Assembly (NCBI GenBank): GCA_963668315.1
Contig: OY764216.1
Location: forward strand, 4,960,001-5,024,000
DNA length: 64,000 bases
Source of the DNA: Spirochaetia bacterium
GTDB lineage: Bacteria; Spirochaetota; Spirochaetia; DSM-2461
Direction: 5' to 3'
The translations under genes and the position numbers were made by a program. The notes below the pieces were generated by a model. The model saw nothing but the letters and a program-made list of their open reading frames with translations. It was not told the origin of the DNA and searched no databases. Below are positions 10,664-20,815 of this stretch, in pieces (the stretch's first letter is position 1; each line of letters begins with the position of its first letter).

Positions 10664-11500
10664 ATGATTCATATCCCCAGAGACTGCCGCGAGGACTTCA
10701 TTCCCGTCAACATACCCGGAGCGTCCCTGGCCGAAGAATGGGGCATAGAGCTGGCGGGAATCAGCGATCTGACAAAAGGATATATAGTGGACAGGAGAGA
10801 GTGTCCCTTTACCCTGCTTCTCTGCGTGCTCGAAGGCCGGGGGGAATATATCAGCAAGGGAGAGACCTGTGATCTTGTCAGGGGAGATATCATCCTGATG
10901 GGAGAGGGAGCTGACCACCTTTACCGGTGCGCCGGTTCCTGGAGTATTCTCTGGTTTCACTTAAGCGGGAATCAGTGGAAAGAGGGAGGAGAGCCGATTT
11001 GGAAGACGAACAGGACCGACCTGACAGACTCCCTTTACCATCTTTCCCTCACCTACCGGAATGAGAGTCAGCTGGAAGGCTCCGAAACTGTCCTGCCCTC
11101 CCTGGGGGAAGGCCTGAACAGTATGATTGAGCGCGTGCTCTCCCTCTCCGGCGCTCCTTCCGGCCATGGCCACGGCAGAAAACTTCTGCTGAATCTGAAA
11201 AAGGTGATCCGGGAAAATATCTCCCGTGACTGGTCCGTGGAAGAGCTGGCCTCTCAGATCAATATCTCCCCCTCCTATCTCTATAAAGTGGTTCGTAAGG
11301 AAGAGCGGACAACCCCGCTGGGACTGGTAAAGAAGCTGAGAATGGACCTTGCCCTGCAGCTCCTGACCCGTTCGGACTATCCGCTGAAGTATATTGCCGA
11401 ACGGGTCGGCTATGCCACGGCCTACTCCTTCACGAAGGCCTTTAAAAAGTCCTTCGCCCTCAGCCCCGGCAGATACCGCCGGGAACCGGAGGAGGACTAG
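10664..11500 (+). CDS. AraC family transcriptional regulator
   Basis: C-terminal double HTH (IAERVGY..YSFTKAFKK..SPGRYR); divergent from the GH2 gene. Confidence 0.92.
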   Translation: MIHIPRDCREDFIPVNIPGASLAEEWGIELAGISDLTKGYIVDRRECPFTLLLCVLEGRGEYISKGETCDLVRGDIILMGEGADHLYRCAGSWSILWFHLSGNQWKEGGEPIWKTNRTDLTDSLYHLSLTYRNESQLEGSETVLPSLGEGLNSMIERVLSLSGAPSGHGHGRKLLLNLKKVIRENISRDWSVEELASQINISPSYLYKVVRKEERTTPLGLVKKLRMDLALQLLTRSDYPLKYIAERVGYATAYSFTKAFKKSFALSPGRYRREPEED

Positions 11501-12657
11501 GCTTCCTGCGCGGCCGTGCGCTGTCTCATTTCAAAACGGGCGATGAAAAGGGCGGCGATCAAACCGGCTGTAAAGAGAATAAAGGACGCATAGAAAAAAA
11601 CGGAATTGATGCCGCTGACCGCCATGATCCTTCCGTTCAGAGCCGTGCCTACGGCCCCGCCCACGAACATGTTGAATGAGGCCAGCGACATGGCTGTTCC
11701 GCGCATGGCGGGCAGCTTGGCCTGAGCCGTTGCCACTAAGGTCGACTGGAGGAAGATGAAAGCCACTCCGAAGCCGAAAAGGGCGATGGCCAGGAACACC
11801 ACATTATGAAGTGCCGAAAGGGCATAGAGCCCGGCGAACCCCAGAACACCGGCGGTAACCAGAAAGCCGTGTTTCAAGAGGCGTCTGGCTTTGGGGGCGA
11901 TTCGCCCTCCCAACACCGTTCCCAAACCGAAGAAGGTAAGAATCAGTCCCACCTGGAGGACGGTATACTCGGTCAGCGACTGGAGGAGCTTACCCGAATA
12001 GGTGAAACTTCCGAAGACGGAAAAACCGACAAGGAAAATAACGAGGACCAGTCTCATGAAGCGATGGTTGGAGAAGGGTGCTTTGTAGGCGGTGACAAAA
12101 TTCAGCTTATCAACAACACCCTTGTCTCTCTCAAGGATTCTCAGGATCAGGAAGGCGATAATCAGCTCCCCCGCTCCGTAAAGGATATAGACCAGCCGCC
12201 AGGAGCCGAAATAGGAGATGATTCCCCCCAGGGCCGTCGCCGTCGCACCGCCGAGGAACATCAGTCCCATGACTTTTCCAAGGGCACCCTGACGCTCCTT
12301 GTCGCCGAACGACTGACCGACCAGTGCCATGGTCACGGGGAAGATCCCCGCCCCGAAGGCGCCGTTGAAACTTCTGAAGACGATCAGGCTGGGCAGGCTG
12401 AAGGCAAATCCTCCGATAATGCTGAAGACAGCCGTTCCGAAGGCGGCTATTCTGATAATCGTGACCTTTCCGTACCTGTCGGAAAGGGGACCGAAAATCA
12501 GGGTAAAAAGTCCGAAGGAGAGCATATAGGCCGTCACGGAGAGAGCGGCCTGCTGCATTTCCAGCCCCAGATCCTGTGAAATATTCAACAGCAAAGGCGC
12601 CGCGGCGTAGTTATCGCCGTTTGTCAGGAACGCGAGTATTCCCAGCATCATCAGCAT
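11497..12657 (-). CDS. MFS transporter
   Basis: GPLSDRYGK motif A; about 12 TM segments. The true start may be 12677 across a poly-A frameshift (see findings). Confidence 0.9.
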   Translation of the reverse strand: MLMMLGILAFLTNGDNYAAAPLLLNISQDLGLEMQQAALSVTAYMLSFGLFTLIFGPLSDRYGKVTIIRIAAFGTAVFSIIGGFAFSLPSLIVFRSFNGAFGAGIFPVTMALVGQSFGDKERQGALGKVMGLMFLGGATATALGGIISYFGSWRLVYILYGAGELIIAFLILRILERDKGVVDKLNFVTAYKAPFSNHRFMRLVLVIFLVGFSVFGSFTYSGKLLQSLTEYTVLQVGLILTFFGLGTVLGGRIAPKARRLLKHGFLVTAGVLGFAGLYALSALHNVVFLAIALFGFGVAFIFLQSTLVATAQAKLPAMRGTAMSLASFNMFVGGAVGTALNGRIMAVSGINSVFFYASFILFTAGLIAALFIARFEMRQRTAAQEA

Positions 12658-12713
12658 GGTATTTTTTTTTCTTTCATGAAATTGTTTCTCCGAAAGAAAA
12701 AATCGAGTCCCTG

Positions 12714-13082
12714 TCAGGCCTCTATCTTTTCCCTGATCTCACCGCTGACGCGGTCAATAATGTCCTGGTTGATGTCCGTTTTCCCCTTCTCCACCCCGTA
12801 ATCGGTCATGATATACTGGGTGCAGGAGAGTCCTTTGTTTTCAAAAATCTTCCTACCGCAGCCAACGGGGCAGCCGTCGAATACGATATTCTCCTCGGCC
12901 CCTTCGGCGGAGGCGAGGAATCCGAAAAGATCGGCGCCCACAGCGGCAAGGCAGGTTCCCGCTCCCACTCCGGAGCCTTTCAATTTTCTCCAGACCTGAT
13001 CCGCCAGATAACCGGTATTGGCCGATCCGGAACAGGAGTAAAGGAGCTTGAGTTTTTCATCTCCACCGCAGCAGCAGGACAT
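12714..13082 (-). CDS. DGC-domain putative zinc-binding protein
   Basis: YSCSG, TCLA, DGCPVGC motifs. Confidence 0.85.
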   Translation of the reverse strand: MSCCCGGDEKLKLLYSCSGSANTGYLADQVWRKLKGSGVGAGTCLAAVGADLFGFLASAEGAEENIVFDGCPVGCGRKIFENKGLSCTQYIMTDYGVEKGKTDINQDIIDRVSGEIREKIEA

Positions 13083-13321
13083 TACATGACCTCCTTGATC
13101 TTCTCGATAACCTGCTCCGTGGTAAGAACCTTGCCCACGGTCTTCACATCATCATCGATAGCCAGGGCGGGAGTCATCATGACACCCATGTTCATGATCT
13201 CTTCCATGGAGGTGATCTTCACGACTTCCGCGTCAATTCCCAGCTCCTCCACCGCTTCCCGGGCCTTCTTCTCAAGGGTCTTGCACTTGGCGCAGCCCGA
13301 ACCTAATATCTGGATTTTCAT
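13082..13321 (-). CDS. Small redox-active thioredoxin-like protein (MTH895/TM0996 type)
   Basis: MKIQILGSGCAKC...GVMMTPAL. Confidence 0.9.
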   Translation of the reverse strand: MKIQILGSGCAKCKTLEKKAREAVEELGIDAEVVKITSMEEIMNMGVMMTPALAIDDDVKTVGKVLTTEQVIEKIKEVM

Positions 13322-13425
13322 TTCATTCCTCCTGCTTCTATCATATTTTCTTAATATTGAAACTATGAAACAAAAGAGTCAAGCACTTCCTTGACAAAGT
13401 TTCCATTTTTTGAAACATTTACGTT

Positions 13426-13743
13426 ATGATAAGTGACGATGAACTGGTGAGAGCCGAAAGACGGGCCCATATGTTTAAGGCCCTGTCCCATCCCATGAGG
13501 ATTTTCTTTCTTGAAAAGCTGCAGGACAAACCCTGGTGCGTCTGCGAGCTGGCCGAAGAGGCGGGCATACCCAAGTCGGCGGCGTCAAAGCACCTCTCAC
13601 AGCTCAAGGAGGCGGGGCTTGTGGACGATTCCAGGACCGGGACGAGGGTGGAATATCACATAACGGCTCCCTGCGTTCTTAAACTGGCGGCCTGCGCCGA
13701 GGGAACGGTTCTTCAGAACAGAAGAAAGCAGCTGGGATTGTAA
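13426..13743 (+). CDS. ArsR/SmtB family regulator
   Basis: FKALSHPMR, CVCEL, SKHLSQLKEAGLV. Confidence 0.92.
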   Translation: MISDDELVRAERRAHMFKALSHPMRIFFLEKLQDKPWCVCELAEEAGIPKSAASKHLSQLKEAGLVDDSRTGTRVEYHITAPCVLKLAACAEGTVLQNRRKQLGL

Positions 13744-13751
13744 TCTCCCTG

Positions 13752-13782
13752 AAAAAAGGGACTCCCCGGGGAGTCCCTTCTT
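13752..13782. terminator. Bidirectional intrinsic terminator
   Basis: AAGGGACTCCC-CG-GGGAGTCCCTT hairpin between convergent genes. Confidence 0.75.
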
Positions 13783-13809
13783 AAAAAGATCTTTATCAAT
13801 AGTGAGAAA

Positions 13810-14247
13810 CTATTTCAGGTTGTTGTAATCGTCAGCGGAAACGGGCTCGAGCCACTCGTTGCTGCACTCTTCACCGGGAACTTCAAGGGATATATGGCTG
13901 AACCAGCTGTCTGCCTTGGCTCCGTGCCAGTGCTTGGTTCCGGTCTTGATATAGACAAAGGAACCTTCGGAAAGGCTGACGGCTTCCTTGCCCTCTTCCT
14001 GATACCAGCCCTCGCCGGCCGTGCAGATAAGCATCTGTCCGCCGCCGCTTTTGGCATTATGGACGTGCCAGTTGTTCCGGCAGCCCGGTTCAAAGGTTAC
14101 ATTGGCCAGAAACAGGGGAGTTTCACCGGGTTTCACGAGCAGGTTCAGAAAGGAATCGCCCACAAAATATTTGGCAAACATTTCATTGGCCATTCCCGTG
14201 CCGAACATATTTACCTTTTCAAACTCGTCTTTATCCATATACTTCAT
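13810..14247 (-). CDS. Cupin domain protein
   Basis: NVTFEPGCRNNWHVH..GGQ, HWHGA. Confidence 0.9.
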   Translation of the reverse strand: MKYMDKDEFEKVNMFGTGMANEMFAKYFVGDSFLNLLVKPGETPLFLANVTFEPGCRNNWHVHNAKSGGGQMLICTAGEGWYQEEGKEAVSLSEGSFVYIKTGTKHWHGAKADSWFSHISLEVPGEECSNEWLEPVSADDYNNLK

Positions 14248-14426
14248 TATTCTACCTCCGTAGTTTGTATTTCATTGATTACTACGGTATTAATAATAAT
14301 TTATGCCCCGCTCAAAGAAAATGTCTATTCACACATTTTTATTGCCTATTCTTCCATATCTTACCTGAATTAGGCCTTCCGATGGCCCGGAAAATGCATA
14401 ATCGGCAAAGAATGGAAAAGGAAACA

Positions 14427-17069
14427 TCAGCTTTTCCTCCCTATTTCGATGGGGACATTCATCTTCACGGGTCCAATACCGTCATCGCATACAAAGGTCA
14501 CAACGACTGCTTTGTCCCGTTCAGGGGAAGGGATCCAGGAAAATGGTACCGGACGTCCCGGCTCAAAATCGGAGGTATCGAAAATAACCCCCTCCGGCAG
14601 GTTCACACATTTCAGGGTCAGGGGGGAATCAACTCCCCCCACGGCATAATCCCTTTTCTTCACCGTTTCATTGTAAATCATACCGGATGTCTGCCTGCGG
14701 GATACCTCATAGGCCGGCTGGCGCACCAGTACCTCGAAGCTGACGGTGCCGTTTTCCCGGACGGCTTGGGGTTTACAGGGGCGGAAAAACGGTCTGTAAA
14801 CCGTCTGGGGAAGGGGATAATCCTCCGTTTTCACAGGATAGACATAGCCGTTTTCCGGCAGCGCCGCGGTTTCCCCGTTATAAAGACTGTCCTTCGGCGT
14901 CCCCGGAGCCGGAGCGGAGACGGTTATCTCCTTTACGGAGTAGGCGGTAAGCCCCTCCACGCCCTCGACACCGGTCCCGGTATAGGGATAATCCGGGACG
15001 TACTCAAAGCAGGCGGGCCTCTTGCAGCGATTTGACACGGCGGCGATCTCTCCGTCCGCGGCCGTCATGGCCCTTACCCTTTCAAAGGCTCCGTTCCTGA
15101 CATCATCAAGAACAACGGGGTAGCGGGTGTCTTCCGTCTCAAAGGCGAGGGTCACATTCTTCAGATTGAGGTTTTCCACATGGCGGGCATAGAGGCCGTA
15201 GGCCGGCAGTATGCCCCAGTTGGACGGTTCGGGATAAACCTCGGGCAGTTCGGGAACATTGAAGGGAGAATCTTTCCACTCCCCCGTTTCCGCCATCCAA
15301 TCCGCCCTCGGCAGAAGCCCCTCGTGCTTCAGGAAAAAAGTATTCACCAGCCAGGGCAGAGACTGAACGGGCTTCTCCTTCTTTCCGTTTTGAGCGTACT
15401 CCCAGTTGGTATTGAGCTGGCGCTGCTCCGTCGCATGCTGCAGGGAGAGCCCCCCGCGGTAGGTCAGGGAGATATTTTCCAGAAGCACATTCTTCACGGG
15501 ACTTCCCATAAGCCCCATGATCTCCGCGGGATAGCGGGGATCGATATTCGTCGCCGTGATATTCCGGATGATGATGTTGAATACCTTCGCCATCTCACGG
15601 CTCTTGCCGTTTCCCCGGGTCATCACGTCCCGGGAATCGAGTTCGACGGATTCATCCGCGACATACGCCCCCTGCCGGCTGTCGTAGCGCCTGGCGAAAT
15701 ACGCCCCTTCCCTCTCCTCATAATTCGCCCTGTTGAGGAGGCAGGGCCGAGAGGGATTGACGATATCAAAGTCCGAATACCCGTCAATGCAGACGCGGGA
15801 GGAGCGGTCGTAAGCCGGGGTGTACCTTATAGCCGGATAGAGATCATACCCCTCCCTGCCGGGGAGCACCCACTGCCTGTTTTCCAGTCGGACATCGCTC
15901 TCTTCGGGGAAGATTTCCTCCCCTTTGTGCTGCCCGGTCACGGGGAAGCGGCACCTGTCGCCGACCCGGATGAATAGGGGGGAGCTGCTTATATTGTCCA
16001 TGACGGAGTCTTCGAAGAGGATATTGCTCAGATCGGCTCCGTCAACCGCTTCCAGGGCGAATCCCCGGGAGCGGCTGAACTGTATGCGCCTTACCGTCAC
16101 CCGGTCATAACCGCAGGTCGATTCCGTTCCCAGCTTCACCCGGGCGGTCGGTCCGCAGCGGTCCGTCGCCACCAGCTTTTCCGAAGTGTAATCGCCGGAA
16201 TAGACCGAGCCCATATCATAGCCGCTGACCTTGCAGTCCTCTATGAGGACATTCTTCAGGGGCATGAACTTTCCCCCGCCGTAGGAGGCTTTCAGAACAA
16301 CCGCGTCGTCGGTCAATGAGTTGAAGCGGGAACCGGTAATCGTGACATTTTCACAGCAGTCCACATCAATGGCATCCCGGTTCGTATCCACCAGGATATT
16401 CTCCACCAGCATATTTTCCACGCAGGTGGTGATAACGGCGAAATGGCCGCCCGCCAGAATAGTGAAATCGGCGAGGATCACATTCCGGCAGCGGACCAGG
16501 GCCACCGCTTTATTGCCGAACCACTCCCCCCGGTGGCCCGCTTTGTCCCTGCGGTCAGGATCAAAGGGGTCGCCCCCCATCAGGATATGCTCCCTTTCGC
16601 CCTCATCGTTCAGAAAGCTTCCGTCCATCAGCCCCGGACCGTAGATCATGACATCCGAAAGATCCGCTCCGTAAATCAGGCTGTTGGCGAAATAGGTATG
16701 TCCGTGATCCTGAAGTCCGAAATAGGGATTGATTTCCGGTTCCAGATAGTTCCCCCCCTCTCCGGTCTGAGTCTCGTAGGAATTCCTGATATCCGTTCCG
16801 GCCGCCTGCAGTACGCTTCCTTCGGACAGATAGAGATTGACGCGGCTCTTCAGCTGAACCGTATAAATCCGGAATTTTCCCTCGGGAACCACGACGGTGC
16901 CGCCGCCCTTCTCAGAGGCCTCCAGAATTGCCCGGTTAATCGCCCGGGTATTTTCCGCGGGAGGGGTGTTCACCCCCGCGCCGAAATCACGAATATCGAA
17001 CCGACTCTCCCCTTTCAGAAGATAGGCCCGGTTAAAGGGACAGCCCGTCGCCTCTTTTACTTCAAACAT
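14427..17069 (-). CDS. GH28-like/pectate-lyase-superfamily beta-helix glycosidase with large insertions
   Basis: FDIRDFGA, AINRAI, GGGTVVVPEG, QDHGH, TNRDAIDVD, DDAVVLK, KLGTES. Confidence 0.8.
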   Translation of the reverse strand: MFEVKEATGCPFNRAYLLKGESRFDIRDFGAGVNTPPAENTRAINRAILEASEKGGGTVVVPEGKFRIYTVQLKSRVNLYLSEGSVLQAAGTDIRNSYETQTGEGGNYLEPEINPYFGLQDHGHTYFANSLIYGADLSDVMIYGPGLMDGSFLNDEGEREHILMGGDPFDPDRRDKAGHRGEWFGNKAVALVRCRNVILADFTILAGGHFAVITTCVENMLVENILVDTNRDAIDVDCCENVTITGSRFNSLTDDAVVLKASYGGGKFMPLKNVLIEDCKVSGYDMGSVYSGDYTSEKLVATDRCGPTARVKLGTESTCGYDRVTVRRIQFSRSRGFALEAVDGADLSNILFEDSVMDNISSSPLFIRVGDRCRFPVTGQHKGEEIFPEESDVRLENRQWVLPGREGYDLYPAIRYTPAYDRSSRVCIDGYSDFDIVNPSRPCLLNRANYEEREGAYFARRYDSRQGAYVADESVELDSRDVMTRGNGKSREMAKVFNIIIRNITATNIDPRYPAEIMGLMGSPVKNVLLENISLTYRGGLSLQHATEQRQLNTNWEYAQNGKKEKPVQSLPWLVNTFFLKHEGLLPRADWMAETGEWKDSPFNVPELPEVYPEPSNWGILPAYGLYARHVENLNLKNVTLAFETEDTRYPVVLDDVRNGAFERVRAMTAADGEIAAVSNRCKRPACFEYVPDYPYTGTGVEGVEGLTAYSVKEITVSAPAPGTPKDSLYNGETAALPENGYVYPVKTEDYPLPQTVYRPFFRPCKPQAVRENGTVSFEVLVRQPAYEVSRRQTSGMIYNETVKKRDYAVGGVDSPLTLKCVNLPEGVIFDTSDFEPGRPVPFSWIPSPERDKAVVVTFVCDDGIGPVKMNVPIEIGRKS

Positions 17070-17281
17070 GTCATACTCCTGGACCGATGGGTACCGTTAA
17101 AATGCCACAGTCTGAACAATTGTTCAATGACAGGGAGTGTTTTTCCCGTCCTTCAGGAATATAGTATCTGTCCGTTTATTAAATAATTGACAAAACCGCG
17201 CTGTGTGATACGATATATTACATATGTACCACATCGGCTGTCCCCCGGGATGGCCATGGAGTACACAGGAAGGAGATTTAT

Positions 17282-18268
17282 ATGAAAAAAGGATTTGTGC
17301 GAAGGCTGCTCTATCTGAGTATGCTTCCCGCCTCATTTTTGCTCGGCGGCTGCGAAACGACAAAGAGCGGCGAAGTTCAGAGCGATGCCATCAGTTCCGG
17401 CCCCATTACCGAACCGGTCATTACGGAGATCGGCCTGAATACCTACTGCATTAATGAGTTCGGCATGAACAGTATGTATGTACTGGTCGGCGATACGAAA
17501 GCACTGGTCATTGATACGGGCTCGGGATTCTGCGATTTCAAAAGCATCATAGGAAAAATCACCGATCTGCCCTATATAGTGGCCCTGACCCATGCCCATC
17601 CGGACCACAGCGGGGGTATAGGCGCCTTTGAAGAGATCTATATGAATACAAAAGATCTCGAATCGGCCCATATCTTTATGGATTACGATATCCGGCTGAA
17701 CTACGGCTTCATGTTTAAGGATATGCCTATCGGATACAGGGGGCTGTTCAGCTTTTCCGTCAGTGACTGTATAGACTGGGGCGATGCCTTCCCGAAAGTC
17801 AGCAATATAAAGGAAGGGGACACCTTTGACCTGGGGAACCGGACCGTCATGGTCTATGAAACACCGGGCCATACGGACGGCTCCTGCAGTTTTCTTGACG
17901 AAAACAGCCGCATTCTGTTTGCGGGAGACGCCGTCACGGTCAACTATCTGAAGAACGATACGGTTCCCTTCAGCACCGCCCTGAGAGGACTATTAAAACT
18001 GAAAGGCCTCTCCGGTCAGTATGACCGTCTTTACGGAGGGCACAGCAACTATGCCGGCATCATCGATACCTTCTCATTGCCCATGGCGGTGCTGGATGAC
18101 CAGATTCACGTCCTGAGAATGATCCTGAGCGGGGAAGGAGAAAAAGTGGAAGCCCCGAACTTCATCAACCCTTCCGAAAAGGCTTACAACGTAAGATACG
18201 GCCGGGTTAATGTACAGTTCAGCGCCACCCCCCTTTGGGAAGAGGGAGAAGAGGAGGTAATTCCCTGA
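17282..18268 (+). CDS. MBL-fold metallo-hydrolase, lipoprotein
   Basis: Lipobox LGGC; IDTG, THAHPDH, TPGHT, AGD, GGH. Confidence 0.88.
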   Translation: MKKGFVRRLLYLSMLPASFLLGGCETTKSGEVQSDAISSGPITEPVITEIGLNTYCINEFGMNSMYVLVGDTKALVIDTGSGFCDFKSIIGKITDLPYIVALTHAHPDHSGGIGAFEEIYMNTKDLESAHIFMDYDIRLNYGFMFKDMPIGYRGLFSFSVSDCIDWGDAFPKVSNIKEGDTFDLGNRTVMVYETPGHTDGSCSFLDENSRILFAGDAVTVNYLKNDTVPFSTALRGLLKLKGLSGQYDRLYGGHSNYAGIIDTFSLPMAVLDDQIHVLRMILSGEGEKVEAPNFINPSEKAYNVRYGRVNVQFSATPLWEEGEEEVIP

Positions 18269-18321
18269 GCCAGGCCGGAATCACCGGGTAAAGGGGGGAG
18301 GCGCCATTCAACGGGTAGAAA

Positions 18322-20034
18322 TTATTCCCCTAACCCGTTCATGGCCCACAGCATCTTATGGAAAAGCTCCACCATGGAGGCATCCATGAAGGGGCTGACC
18401 GAACTGACATTATTCAGGTGCATGCTCGCCCGGTTTTCTTTGGTGTACTCGGGCCACTCGGGCAGTCCTTCGGCCGACGGTCTTCCCGTTTTGGCAAACT
18501 GGACCCAGGCTTCGGAAACGGTCTTGGCCAGAGCGGCCGCCTCGGGGCCTCCTTCGGTCATTTCTATACCCGCATCGGTGGTGACGTTGTCAAAGACAAA
18601 GGGAATCTCCATGGTGTGGGGAGAGTAGAGCGTGCCGTCCTGAATGGGAGACTCCCAGTCAAAGCGGTAGGCATAAACGGGAGCGGAATTTTCCGCCGAA
18701 GACCGCACATCCATGATTTCCGCCGTCAGAGCTCCCATGGCAAAATCGGAATAGATCCGGAACCACAGTGCCGAGGGGGTATGACCGGGAAAATCACGCC
18801 GGTAGATATCGAGTATCATGGAACCCGTATCGGGGCCGAACATACCGCCGATTCTCTGTTCCAGTACGGCGTCATCCAGGGAATAGGCGGCCCTGTCGGC
18901 TGTCATGAAAAGGGAGAATTCCGTGCCGTTGATACCGGCGAGAAGGGGCACATCCACACTGCTCGGCGCCGCTACGGGATCCCAGACGTGTTCGGTAATC
19001 AGCTCACCGTCAAGAACGGGCCAGAAACCGCTGGGAAAACCGGGAGCCTGCATTCCCCCGTCGCTGATCTTGGCCAGGGCACGTTCTCCGGCGTCCTGGA
19101 GGTCTTCCCAGGAGATATCATACAGTTTATCCGCCGTTTCGGGAGTCACGCCGAGTTCAATCAGTGTGGCATTGGCCAGCTCATCGGCCTCTTCGGTCGT
19201 CATGAAACGGGTCAGGGGACCGCTTTCCACGATGGCCCGCTGAAAAAGTCCTTCGGCCGAGGGGACACCCAGCATGGTGTTTACTTTCCATCCGCCGCCC
19301 GATTCACCGAATATGGTAACCAGATCGGGATCTCCGCCGAAAGCGGCGATGTTATCATGGACCCACTGAAGGGAAGCGAGGATATCCTTGATGGCCAGGT
19401 TGGAGGAATCGGCGAATTCTCCGCCCAGTACGCGGGAAAGATCGGTAAATCCGGCCGGTCCCAGACGATGGTTGATGGTGACCACAACGACATCGCCTCG
19501 GGAAGCCAGGTTCTCCCCGTCGTAAACAGCACAGGAACCGCTGCCGCTGGTCCATCCGCCGCCGTGCAGCCAAACCATAACGGGAAGGGTGCCGTCAGCC
19601 CCTTCGGGAGTCCATACATTCAAAGCCAGGCAGTTGTCGCCGTTGCTGACTTCCCCGGGTTCGATAAATGCGGTGGATACGGCGGTCTGTCCGGCCTGGG
19701 GATCGCTGGCAGGCTGGGGAGACGAATCGGCATAATGAAGGGCTTCCCGCACTCCGGTCCAGGGTTCTACCGGCCGGGGAGGGGCAAAGCGGTTCCGGCC
19801 GGCAATACTCTGAGCGTAGGGGATGCCGAGAAAGCGGATGACTCCGCCCCGGTCTTCACCTTTCACGCTGCCAGAGAGGGTTTTTACAACATCCTTCGGG
19901 GAATCCCCCCGGGAGAGAGCTCCGCCGGCCGCCCCATTATCCGTGGAACAGCCTGCAACGACCGTTGACAAAGCCAATAGCGCTGACATCACGGTTCCCC
20001 GCCATGTTCTATGAGATTTTTTTGTAACTTTCAT
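18322..20034 (-). CDS. Type-B carboxylesterase/lipase, lipoprotein
   Basis: Lipobox VAGC; FLGIPYA, HGGG, GESGG, HTMEIPFVF. Confidence 0.92.
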   Translation of the reverse strand: MKVTKKSHRTWRGTVMSALLALSTVVAGCSTDNGAAGGALSRGDSPKDVVKTLSGSVKGEDRGGVIRFLGIPYAQSIAGRNRFAPPRPVEPWTGVREALHYADSSPQPASDPQAGQTAVSTAFIEPGEVSNGDNCLALNVWTPEGADGTLPVMVWLHGGGWTSGSGSCAVYDGENLASRGDVVVVTINHRLGPAGFTDLSRVLGGEFADSSNLAIKDILASLQWVHDNIAAFGGDPDLVTIFGESGGGWKVNTMLGVPSAEGLFQRAIVESGPLTRFMTTEEADELANATLIELGVTPETADKLYDISWEDLQDAGERALAKISDGGMQAPGFPSGFWPVLDGELITEHVWDPVAAPSSVDVPLLAGINGTEFSLFMTADRAAYSLDDAVLEQRIGGMFGPDTGSMILDIYRRDFPGHTPSALWFRIYSDFAMGALTAEIMDVRSSAENSAPVYAYRFDWESPIQDGTLYSPHTMEIPFVFDNVTTDAGIEMTEGGPEAAALAKTVSEAWVQFAKTGRPSAEGLPEWPEYTKENRASMHLNNVSSVSPFMDASMVELFHKMLWAMNGLGE

Positions 20035-20293
20035 GGTTTCTCCTTAAAAAAAATAGAGTCATGATAACAGCCGGCCAGTCACATCGTCCGGGCCGATTTC
20101 ACCCGGAAGGTTCAGAAAGATCGAGCGTTACTCCTATAAGAGTAATGATCAGGGGAAGAGAAAAGAATACCTATTTCCACATTTTGCTTGCCTATTTATA
20201 CATTGAAATTACGTTTTACCCTATATAATTGATGTATATATGCCTAATATTCATTCATTCCCGTCACCCGTCTTCCGTCGGTTCCATGAATTT

Positions 20294-20340
20294 ATATACA
20301 GTTAATCTTTCAAGTTTAACTTGACAGTTTAACTGTATAT
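20294..20340. promoter_or_regulatory. Nested palindromic operator upstream of the MarR gene
   Basis: ATATACAGTTAA...TTAACTGTATAT enclosing TCAAGTT-T-AACTTGA. Confidence 0.6.
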
Positions 20341-20355
20341 CTTTATATTCTCCCC

Positions 20356-20799
20356 ATGAATAAGGAAGCAACAGACCCCATAGATACGGCTATACTGGCA
20401 GCGGAACTGAGAGCCCAGTTGAGTAAACTGAAACGGCGGCTGAAGGAGAAAGCCGATCCGGGAAGGCTGACCTCATCCCAGATTGCCGTCATTCTGAGAC
20501 TGGAAATGACAGGCAAGGCAACCGTATCGGAACTATCACGCCTGGAAGGCATTCGTCCCCAGTCAATGAGAAACACCGTACTTTCCCTGAAGGAAGAGGG
20601 TTATATAGACGGGATATCCGATCCCGAGGATGGACGCAAAACGTTTATCTACCTAACCGACAAGGGACGGGATCTCCTGCCCCAGGGACGAACCGTGTGG
20701 AATGAATGGCTCACGGCGGCTATCTCTGATCGTCTGACTCCGGAGGAACAGATGATACTCGTCGAAGCCGTCAAGCTGATACAGCGTCTCACAGACTGA
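20356..20799 (+). CDS. MarR family regulator
   Basis: wHTH with DPEDGR..IYLTDKG. Confidence 0.9.
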   Translation: MNKEATDPIDTAILAAELRAQLSKLKRRLKEKADPGRLTSSQIAVILRLEMTGKATVSELSRLEGIRPQSMRNTVLSLKEEGYIDGISDPEDGRKTFIYLTDKGRDLLPQGRTVWNEWLTAAISDRLTPEEQMILVEAVKLIQRLTD

Positions 20800-20815
20800 A
20801 GAAAGAAGACAATCA

